A DNA stretch of 64,000 nt from an uncultured Pelagibacteraceae bacterium. Lineage in GTDB: Bacteria; Pseudomonadota; Alphaproteobacteria; Pelagibacterales; AG-422-B15. Positions 49,649 to 57,425 of this stretch are shown here, one piece after another. The stretch is from NCBI GenBank assembly GCA_902526005.1, contig CABZIW010000001.1, positions 3,013-67,012 on the forward strand, written 5' to 3'. Position 1 is the stretch's first letter. Each line of letters opens with the position of its first letter. The notes under the pieces are model-generated. The model made no database searches, was not told where the DNA came from, and saw only the letters and a list, made by a program, of their open reading frames with translations. The translations under genes were made by a program, and so were the position numbers.

Positions 49649-50700
49649 AATTTTTTTATATTATTATCTTCGATTTTAATTTCATTGTCACCTGTAACAG
49701 ATGGGAAAACTTCTATTCGTTTGAGCTTATCCTCAATTTTTTCAGATTTATCGGTCATTTGAATATCTTCAAGTTGAGATACTTTTGGTATTAGCTTTGA
49801 AGTCCAACTACTAACAGCTTTATTATAAGCTCCTGTAGCTGTACTTAATCCACTTCCAACTCTGTTTAAATGTTTAGTAAAGGTATTCAATCTATTATGT
49901 ATTTCATATCCAATTTTGCTAATTTTCTTAGCATTTTGTTCCATATCTTTTTGAACATTAAATAATTTGATCGTTTTAAGCACAGCATAAAGGATTGGTG
50001 GTGTACAAATAATAACACCCATATTTCTAGCTTTTGTATCCAAATCAGGCATCTGAGACAGAGCAAGTAAATATAAATTTATATTATACATATACATTAG
50101 TGTAAACTCTGGACTGCCCTCGAAGTATTGATGATATTTTTTTTTATGCAGGGCTTCGGCATGCTTTAATACATCCTCTGCATGTTGTTTTAAAAAACGA
50201 TGTTTGTCATCTTCACTTTCTACATTTTGTGATTGCGCAAATGAGGCAATACTCACTTTTGAGTCAATTACAATTGTACCCCCACGTGTTGAGTCAAGAT
50301 AGACGTCTGGTTTAACTTTTTGATCAAAACTACCAACAGTATCTTCCCATTTATAATTAACACCTTCAAGCAAGCCCACATCATCTAGCATTTCTCTAAG
50401 ACTTTCTTCACCCAAATCACCTTGTAAACTTTTATTTGTTAGGGCTTCAGTCCATTTATGATAATTTTTTGATAAGTAATCTAGTGAGTTGCTTGTTTTT
50501 TCCTGACCTGATTTCACCGTACTACTTAGACCATCAACCGCACTTTTAACACCTGCGATTTGATTAAGTAAATTATCAAGATCATTATGCTCTGCAGATG
50601 ATTGATGTTTTTTTTCCGAGTGAATATTATTAAATAAATAAGCTACTACTGCGATCGCAAGGAAAGATATTATTAGTGATATTATAGTTATGACTTCCAT
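49645..50700 (-). CDS. rmuC: RmuC family DNA recombination protein (PD-(D/E)XK nuclease)
   Basis: N-terminal TM and coiled coil, QGDLGEESL, KPDV....IVIDSKVS, HAEALHKKKY, ICTPPILYAVL, YNKAVSS. Confidence 0.88.
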   Translation of the reverse strand: MEVITIISLIISFLAIAVVAYLFNNIHSEKKHQSSAEHNDLDNLLNQIAGVKSAVDGLSSTVKSGQEKTSNSLDYLSKNYHKWTEALTNKSLQGDLGEESLREMLDDVGLLEGVNYKWEDTVGSFDQKVKPDVYLDSTRGGTIVIDSKVSIASFAQSQNVESEDDKHRFLKQHAEDVLKHAEALHKKKYHQYFEGSPEFTLMYMYNINLYLLALSQMPDLDTKARNMGVIICTPPILYAVLKTIKLFNVQKDMEQNAKKISKIGYEIHNRLNTFTKHLNRVGSGLSTATGAYNKAVSSWTSKLIPKVSQLEDIQMTDKSEKIEDKLKRIEVFPSVTGDNEIKIEDNNIKKL

Positions 50701-50703
50701 TGA

Positions 50704-52392
50704 TTATATAATTCTATATTTTTCCCAATCATTTTTAAATAATTTTAATTTTTCTGGATGATCTATCATTATTTTAAGCAAAATTGTTAGACCGTCTGAA
50801 AAAGCTCTTTGACCGTCTGCAAGTCCAAAAGCATGCTGTAACTCATGCGTAAGCGTTGACAGGATTGATCCAAAGCTATGAGAAAAAAGTTTTTCATTGA
50901 GTAATACAGTTTTTTCATCAAATTGACTTTGTGAGTCTTTTAATTCGCCTAAAACTTTATCAGACTTTAAAACCTTAAATTGGATATTATACAGTGCTCC
51001 ATATTCGGACTCTACTTGCACAAGATCAACAGCTTCTAAACAATAAAAAACACCGGCAAAACCAGGTGCAACTTCGCGCAGACATTGTAAAAGGAAATTT
51101 ATAGCCTTTGTTTCTTTGGAATTGAGCAATCTAATTGCCTCTTTTTTGGCTTTTTCCTCTGCCTTTTTCTTTTTTTCCTGCAAAATCTCAACGCTTGATT
51201 TAATGCCCAATCTGCTGAAGTAACTTGGTAACTTTTTATACCCCTTCTTCTCAAAGTGTCTGTCTTGACTATATATCTTTGGTTCAAGTTCCCAGTACAA
51301 CCTTCCATAAATGCTGCTGTAACGAGGTGAGCTTTCGGAATAGTAACCTTTGATACGTCCAATAGGTGAAAATAACTTTTCAAGATAATCTTTTGACTCT
51401 TCCGATTTTAAATTCCAGACATTATTACATATACTGCTTAATAGTGGGTGCCCTTGTCCTTTTAACCACAATGGCTTCAATTCTTCCAAAATAAATTTTA
51501 TTGCAGGATTTAATGCACTATCTCTATAGTGCAGTCCAGACTGAGCGACAATATTAAAAAGCTGAGATCTTAAGTCTTGCGTAAACGAATTTCTATCGCG
51601 ATCACTTGCAACTTTGTTTTCAATCTTTTTATATTTTTTTTCAATTACAAGAATGAGAGGTAAGTCAATTTCACCTCTATTTAGTCCATTGTAAAAAATT
51701 ATTCCGTTTTCTTTATTAGATTTATAAAAAGATATATGATTATATGAATGTAGTAATTCACCTAAATGTGGATTTTCTGGCCAGAAAAAATGATCTTCTA
51801 GACCACACTTAAATGCATCGCGTATATTTTCTTTAAATGTGTTAATAACAAACTTTGAACCAGTTTCAGAATTAGAAATTTTAAAAAAATTATAAATTAA
51901 TGGTCTTAATCCAACCTCATTTTCTTCAGGTGAAACAGAGACAGCTACAGCTTCATTCCCTGATATAAATATTGGATATTCAATTCCTAATTTAATTAGA
52001 CTAACTACTGAGATCAGGCTGCCTTCCCCAAATTTTCCAAGTTGGGTTTCATCATTTGCTTTTGTTCCTCCTATATAAAACAGTAACTTCAAGTTGTAAT
52101 CAGAAGGGCCTTGTACAATAATTTGTCCAGATTTAATTGATGTTTTAATATCAGAAATACTAAACCCTTGTGAGATAGCACCATCCCTTGCATTTTGAAG
52201 AACTTCTCTACAAATAAAAGATGGGGAATAATCAACACCCCAATCCAATGAAACGCTGCTCTCAAATGAGTAATCATATTGAACTTTTTTTAAACCTGGG
52301 ACTTTTTTAAGCAATTTAGAAATTTCATTAATTTCATTTTTAGCAATTAGTGCTGTATCTTTTTTTATTGAATTTTTTATTTGTTTTCTCAT
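50704..52392 (-). CDS. GHKL-type ATPase fused to a C-terminal zinc-metallopeptidase motif
   Basis: REVLQNARDG (N-box), QLGKFGEG (G2 box), and HELQHAFGLAD (HExxHxxGxxD) near the C terminus. Confidence 0.75.
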   Translation of the reverse strand: MRKQIKNSIKKDTALIAKNEINEISKLLKKVPGLKKVQYDYSFESSVSLDWGVDYSPSFICREVLQNARDGAISQGFSISDIKTSIKSGQIIVQGPSDYNLKLLFYIGGTKANDETQLGKFGEGSLISVVSLIKLGIEYPIFISGNEAVAVSVSPEENEVGLRPLIYNFFKISNSETGSKFVINTFKENIRDAFKCGLEDHFFWPENPHLGELLHSYNHISFYKSNKENGIIFYNGLNRGEIDLPLILVIEKKYKKIENKVASDRDRNSFTQDLRSQLFNIVAQSGLHYRDSALNPAIKFILEELKPLWLKGQGHPLLSSICNNVWNLKSEESKDYLEKLFSPIGRIKGYYSESSPRYSSIYGRLYWELEPKIYSQDRHFEKKGYKKLPSYFSRLGIKSSVEILQEKKKKAEEKAKKEAIRLLNSKETKAINFLLQCLREVAPGFAGVFYCLEAVDLVQVESEYGALYNIQFKVLKSDKVLGELKDSQSQFDEKTVLLNEKLFSHSFGSILSTLTHELQHAFGLADGQRAFSDGLTILLKIMIDHPEKLKLFKNDWEKYRII

Positions 52393-52419
52393 TATTTTTT
52401 CCTTATTCGATTAAATTTA

Positions 52420-52617
52420 TTAATATGGCGAAATGGAGACCCAAAAGCACTCAGATTCATCGTCCGGCCCTTTAGCTAAGCCTTTGATATCAAATACTCT
52501 CTCATCCTCATAATGAGTAATCTTCAATTCATTCGCATAAACAGCTAATTCTGAATAATCTCTAAACTTATAATCCTCAAGAGGAGCGCAGAGTAATACT
52601 ATAATAGTTTCGATCAT
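52420..52617 (-). CDS. Small hypothetical protein (65 aa)
   Basis: Fills the operon gap, 10 nt after the previous stop; no motif recognised. Confidence 0.55.
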   Translation of the reverse strand: MIETIIVLLCAPLEDYKFRDYSELAVYANELKITHYEDERVFDIKGLAKGPDDESECFWVSISPY

Positions 52618-52627
52618 CTAAATTTTT

Positions 52628-52852
52628 CTAATTAATAAGGTTCTTATTTTCATGAAACCATTTCCAAACCTTATTTTTGGTTTTAAAATATTTGATAGCT
52701 CTATCTAGGCTTTCATTAAGAAAATCTCTAAAATCTTGTTTCTGACCTTCAAGAGCAAGCAACTCACTTAACTCATTAATTTTTTCAATTGTATCCTCAT
52801 TAAGAAGTAATACTTTTTTGATATTAGGATCATTTTCTTTTTTTAATTTCAT
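52628..52852 (-). CDS. Small protein, possible ribbon-helix-helix DNA-binding fold (74 aa)
   Basis: KKVLLLNEDTIEKINELSE...FRDFLNESLDRAI strand-helix-helix pattern; 4-nt overlap with upstream gene. Confidence 0.55.
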   Translation of the reverse strand: MKLKKENDPNIKKVLLLNEDTIEKINELSELLALEGQKQDFRDFLNESLDRAIKYFKTKNKVWKWFHENKNLIN

Positions 52853-54372
52853 CTCATTGCCTCTAACTCTTTTTCTTTATTTTCAATATATGTCCGCGCT
52901 GAAACCAAGAGTTGAAATTTTTCATTTGGAAGATCTGGGTTACTATTCTTATTATTATTTAGATCGTCATTATCAATTTCGTTGGCTTTGCAAATCTTTT
53001 CTAATTCATCTTTGGCAGTTTCAATTGTTAAATAGTTTCTGTATTCATAATTTTCACTTAGCAATCTGTTGGCTATTTGATGTTCTATATCTCTAATATC
53101 TGATTGGGACATGACAGATGGTTCATTATCATAAATTATTTTTTTTGCTATATGTACCATACGCATATCTGTGAAAGCTTTTATTTTTTTATACTTATCT
53201 TTGTACTCATCTAATTGGTGAAATTCACGCGCAAGTGCCTTATCTGAATTAGTAAAAAAACTTTCATAAATCATATCTTCGTAATACTCAGATTTTTTTT
53301 TAGCAAACATTTCATCGTTATCGACAGTGAATGCCGAAACAACCTTATTTTTGTATTGATTATTATTCTCTAAATTCTCATGCATTTTTTGTATTTCTTC
53401 TAAATTACCAAGACTGCCTATTTGTTCTTTGGATAGGTTTGCAACCTTAGGATCGATCAAAATTGGATTTTTGTTTAAATAAATTTTTCTAAATATTCTA
53501 TTTTTTCGATCATCTTTTCTTTTAGATATTTCTGCAGGGGATAATAAAAAATCATCCTCTGTAAAATTTTTCAGATCAACAAATATAGCAGAACCGTCAT
53601 TACCCATCCCGCAGTAGGAATATGTATACAAATATTCATTTCCTCTCATGAAAAAAGTCGACAAAAAATAATTTTTTGAATTACTCAGTAAATCAGAAAC
53701 TCTCTCTTTATGTGCAGTCTGTTGCATTTGTTTCCATATTTCTGGATCTTGTTTTGAGTATTTTTTGACAAAATTCATCATTAGTTTTGTATCAACAATT
53801 GCTGTATGCAATTCACCTTCAGCTTTAATAGAATTTTCATCACAAATAAGGCCAAGTTGAAAACTAGGTTTGCCAGTATTTGGATGTAAAGGAACTTTTA
53901 AATCACTTTTACCAAAACTTTGTAAGGCATGCGCAAAGCTTAGTGCATCGATTTCGTAATTAAAGTTACCGGACGGAGATTTGGTATTCATGAAGTATAA
54001 ATCATCGAGCTGAAGGTTCATATAGGCATTGGCAACTCTAAATATGCCTCTGTCAAAGTTGTTGTTCCATGCTATCCAGTAAATATTGTATTTTTGCCGC
54101 CACTCACTAAATTTTTTATTAATCACTCTACTTAACTCATAGCTTGACATATTTTGTCGTAAATTTTCTTCTGTTAAATTATTTGTGAAACTTGCTCCTG
54201 GGCTTAAAAAATTTGTCTTATTTAAACGACATTTTTCATCGAGGACGTCTTCAATTTCAAAGTTTTCTGGATCAACGAGGATTGCAGTTATTTCCAACAG
54301 CTGTGTAAAGCCTGTATTTGGAATATTGTGTGAACTTTCCGTATCAAAAAAACAATATCTAATATTTGTCAT
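52849..54372 (-). CDS. sbcB: Exodeoxyribonuclease I-like DEDDh 3'-5' exonuclease
   Basis: ExoI FFDTES, ExoII WNNNFDR, GKPSFQLGLIC..N, ExoIII HTAIVD; long ExoI-like C-terminal extension. Confidence 0.75.
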   Translation of the reverse strand: MTNIRYCFFDTESSHNIPNTGFTQLLEITAILVDPENFEIEDVLDEKCRLNKTNFLSPGASFTNNLTEENLRQNMSSYELSRVINKKFSEWRQKYNIYWIAWNNNFDRGIFRVANAYMNLQLDDLYFMNTKSPSGNFNYEIDALSFAHALQSFGKSDLKVPLHPNTGKPSFQLGLICDENSIKAEGELHTAIVDTKLMMNFVKKYSKQDPEIWKQMQQTAHKERVSDLLSNSKNYFLSTFFMRGNEYLYTYSYCGMGNDGSAIFVDLKNFTEDDFLLSPAEISKRKDDRKNRIFRKIYLNKNPILIDPKVANLSKEQIGSLGNLEEIQKMHENLENNNQYKNKVVSAFTVDNDEMFAKKKSEYYEDMIYESFFTNSDKALAREFHQLDEYKDKYKKIKAFTDMRMVHIAKKIIYDNEPSVMSQSDIRDIEHQIANRLLSENYEYRNYLTIETAKDELEKICKANEIDNDDLNNNKNSNPDLPNEKFQLLVSARTYIENKEKELEAMR

Positions 54373-54375
54373 AAT

Positions 54376-54762
54376 TTAATATAAAAATTTCTTTGTTTTT
54401 TTATTTAATTCATTTTTTTTAGTAAAGGGCCTTAAGTATCTTTGCTTAAGGAAACGATCTAATCTTTCATTTCTTATTTTTGATAATTCGTTTGAGTAAT
54501 TTTTCCAATGAAATGTAAAGGCATTTTCATATAATATTTCATGAGCAGTTTTTAATTTGTAAGACAATAATTCAACTCGTTCTCTGGTTTCTTTATAGAT
54601 TTTTAATTTTTTATTAAAAATTTTTTTTTGTCTCCAATACATAAATAATTTATTTCTTATGTCACTATCTAGAGCCAGGCAAGAAAGGAAAGAAAAAAAT
54701 GTAAGAACAAACCTAGCTCTAGAAGCAATCGACGCCGAAACTTTTTTTACAATATGTATCAT
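54376..54762 (-). CDS. Basic hypothetical protein (128 aa)
   Basis: 4-nt overlap with XRE gene and 3-nt gap to the exonuclease; no motif recognised. Confidence 0.6.
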   Translation of the reverse strand: MIHIVKKVSASIASRARFVLTFFSFLSCLALDSDIRNKLFMYWRQKKIFNKKLKIYKETRERVELLSYKLKTAHEILYENAFTFHWKNYSNELSKIRNERLDRFLKQRYLRPFTKKNELNKKTKKFLY

Positions 54763-55406
54763 ATATCCTCATCTCTTAACCATGTATTTTGATATTCAAT
54801 TTCATCACTAATTTTAACAACATTATTGGATGAGATTATTTCAGTATTTTTAATGAAACGATTTCTACTTTGCAAAATGACAATAACCTGGTTGATATGA
54901 TTTCCCTTTTTTAAAAAGTAGTTGATGTTTTCATAATTTAACTGTCTAACAATTTCCTTAAGATTTACTTCGTACTCTGTTTTTTTATTCTCAAGTATTT
55001 GATATTCGTTATGGTCAAAATCATAAATAGATTTTTTTTCCCACATTTTTTCAATCTCTATTAAAGCCTGACTTAGTTTAAAAAGATTTTCTTTAAAACT
55101 AACCGTAACCACAGTTTTTAGATATTCACTAGCTTCATGCCAAGTATCATCATATTCGATGTAAGGAATTTTTGATTTCAGGACAGCACAAAGACTTCTT
55201 ATGTCTTGGTAGGCCTGATTTGTATCTCGTAACGACTCCATTCTTGACTCGAGAATAATTCGTTTATCATTTGGTATTGGATGCTCCCCTCTTTCATAAG
55301 CCTCATATGTTCTAAGTGGCAAATCTAATTTTAGAGACATGTCGCGTTGCGTTATTTTTAATTCCCTTGTTCTTAAAATCTTTAACTTTTCAGAAAAATC
55401 ATTCAT
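54759..55406 (-). CDS. XRE-family HTH transcriptional regulator (start reassigned to MNDFSEKLK)
   Basis: KLKILRTRELKITQRDMSLKLDLPLRTYEAYERGE; the track's TTG at 55415 overlaps the -10 box. Confidence 0.85.
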   Translation of the reverse strand: MNDFSEKLKILRTRELKITQRDMSLKLDLPLRTYEAYERGEHPIPNDKRIILESRMESLRDTNQAYQDIRSLCAVLKSKIPYIEYDDTWHEASEYLKTVVTVSFKENLFKLSQALIEIEKMWEKKSIYDFDHNEYQILENKKTEYEVNLKEIVRQLNYENINYFLKKGNHINQVIVILQSRNRFIKNTEIISSNNVVKISDEIEYQNTWLRDEDI

Positions 55407-55413
55407 GCTAGGC

Positions 55414-55442
55414 AATTTATCGAAATTCTAGCGACATGTCAA
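55414..55442 (-). promoter_or_regulatory. Sigma70 promoter of the XRE-led operon, with palindromic operator candidate
   Basis: TTGACA (55442-55437), 17 bp, TAAATT (55419-55414); GACATGTC palindrome overlaps the -35 box. Confidence 0.65.
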
Positions 55443-55447
55443 CATAT

Positions 55448-55469
55448 AATCCGCAATAAATCCGCAATA
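55448..55469. repeat. Tandem 11-bp direct repeat AATCCGCAATA x2
   Basis: 55448-55458 and 55459-55469 are identical. Confidence 0.8.
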
Positions 55470-55506
55470 ATATTTTATCAAATATATCAATGCTTTACAT
55501 GGATAA

Positions 55507-55674
55507 TTAGCTTTGGATAATTGATTTATATTTTAAAATCTGAGGTTCTTTTTTAGATTCTAAAATATTTATTAATCGTTCTTCTTCATTAATAATCACC
55601 CGAAAAAATTTTTTTTGACCCACATGATCTTCTACCTGCTCAATCCGTATGGATATGAGATTATTATTTTTCAA
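55507..55674 (-). CDS. Small hypothetical protein (55 aa), absent from ORF track
   Basis: AAGGAGGT SD 5 nt before TTG; MKNNNLISIRIEQVEDHVGQKKFFRVIINEEERLINILESKKEPQILKYKSIIQS*. Confidence 0.6.
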   Translation of the reverse strand: MKNNNLISIRIEQVEDHVGQKKFFRVIINEEERLINILESKKEPQILKYKSIIQS

Positions 55675-55736
55675 TTTTTACCTCCTTTTTTTAAATTCAA
55701 CATTAAATAAAACGAGTCTCTTAAGCTTTTCAATCA

Positions 55737-56405
55737 TCATATTTCACTGAGATCAAAAAGATTGTGCCTGCATTTTCTTTGAGCTTCATTAAAATATTTC
55801 CTAAATTCTTTTATATTCCAATTGTTATGCATTATATCAAAGTATATAGAAGGATCCTTGCCGTATTGTGTTTTTTGTAACTCAATTTCAAAGCTATCCT
55901 TGTCTCCTAAAAATGCGATGACTTCTTCAGCAGTAAGTAAGTTTTCAAACATGAACTGTGTAAAATAATATCCGTCTTGAATTCGAGTTCCTATAATACC
56001 AACTTTAGATAAGTACTCATCACCTGGAACATATTTTACTAAAACTTCAAATATATCATCACTCTGTGGAATTGACTCCATAATACTTGTAATTTGAAAT
56101 GTGAGACCCACCTCATCGCAATTATCACTATCCAGCATGAAGGTAAGGTAATCTTCTTTTTGAATTTGTCCTTTTGTAGCAATAAATATTATTGGTGCAG
56201 TTTCTGATTTATGAATATACCAAATACTGTTGACAGATTCATTATTTGAGGAATTCTCAATGCTATAATCTTCGGCCAATAATTGTTTTTGAAACACTAT
56301 GACTAAATTTAATAATATTAAAAAAATAAGTAATTTTTTAATTTTTAAAAAATTTATCGTATTTTTTTTATACTTACTTTGTATAAATTTTTTTAGTTGA
56401 ATCAT
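55737..56405 (-). CDS. Exported or membrane-anchored hypothetical protein (222 aa)
   Basis: AAGGAG SD; basic N-region then hydrophobic stretch LLIFLILLNLVIVF. Confidence 0.7.
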   Translation of the reverse strand: MIQLKKFIQSKYKKNTINFLKIKKLLIFLILLNLVIVFQKQLLAEDYSIENSSNNESVNSIWYIHKSETAPIIFIATKGQIQKEDYLTFMLDSDNCDEVGLTFQITSIMESIPQSDDIFEVLVKYVPGDEYLSKVGIIGTRIQDGYYFTQFMFENLLTAEEVIAFLGDKDSFEIELQKTQYGKDPSIYFDIMHNNWNIKEFRKYFNEAQRKCRHNLFDLSEI

Positions 56406-56480
56406 GCATTCTCCTTGTTTTTATTTAGAATACAATGATCATATGTTTTAAATTTGATATTCTTTTGTCAGAATTATGTT

Positions 56481-57425
56481 CTAGAACAAATCATCAAGCG
56501 TGATTGTGCTTGGTCGAGCGTGACTCATATCTACTGAGTATTCTATATTGTGAATACCTTCTTTTGCTTCAGTAATTCTTGGAACGTCTACATTTTCATA
56601 TATTAGAAGGCTTTTTTGAGCTGTTTGATAATCAAACTTCGTTTTAGTTATGTCAGTTTTTTCAGTTATCATATCTACTATTGTATCCAACTTAAAAATT
56701 AGATAGTTATCATCAACCTTTTCTCTAATTTTATTAATTAACTCCTCTAAGGAACATCCATCACTTACTTTTTTTGCAATGATTGAAACAATAAATATTT
56801 TATCGGACTTACTGTGAAGTTGTTGATACTTAAATCTATGGATCCTACTATTATTTTTTGATGATTTGATTTCAACAGCCTTATCTAATGAGTAAAAGTC
56901 CCAAATATCTCTTGCTTTTTCTGATTGATAAGAAGTAAGCGCTTCCAACGTATTTGAAGTATTATCTATAACGAACAGTTCACTCCATAATCCTTGTAAT
57001 CCCTTAGTGTTATTTTTCTTTTCAATAAAGATACTTTTTAGTGTAAATAGATATTTAGAAAGTGTCTTATTTGAAGTTATACTTTCTAAATCATCAATAA
57101 TTTGATTGACTATTTTTAAAAATGCACTTTGCTCATTAACGTTGTCACTAAAAAATTCTAAGACAGTATACTGATCTTTGGTTATTTGATTATTTTTTTC
57201 TATTGTTTCGTAGGTATTAGTATCATTGACTCGCCATAACTCTAGTAAATTTATTCTTTCACTAATTACATTATTATCATTAACCTTGAATAGGATTACC
57301 GGCTTGTTTGTCAACGATTTTGCAATATAATGTTCTTTTTTTATTTGAATTTTTTCTACTATATACTTACCGTCTTTCTCACTTTTTGATGGTTCAATAT
57401 TGTAAAACAAATCAATTAAATTCAT
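56481..57425 (-). CDS. PD-(D/E)XK motif protein, DUF4420 family
   Basis: GLQGLWSELF, WDFYSLDKAVEIKSS; directly after the Z1 gene with a 4-nt overlap. Confidence 0.85.
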   Translation of the reverse strand: MNLIDLFYNIEPSKSEKDGKYIVEKIQIKKEHYIAKSLTNKPVILFKVNDNNVISERINLLELWRVNDTNTYETIEKNNQITKDQYTVLEFFSDNVNEQSAFLKIVNQIIDDLESITSNKTLSKYLFTLKSIFIEKKNNTKGLQGLWSELFVIDNTSNTLEALTSYQSEKARDIWDFYSLDKAVEIKSSKNNSRIHRFKYQQLHSKSDKIFIVSIIAKKVSDGCSLEELINKIREKVDDNYLIFKLDTIVDMITEKTDITKTKFDYQTAQKSLLIYENVDVPRITEAKEGIHNIEYSVDMSHARPSTITLDDLF

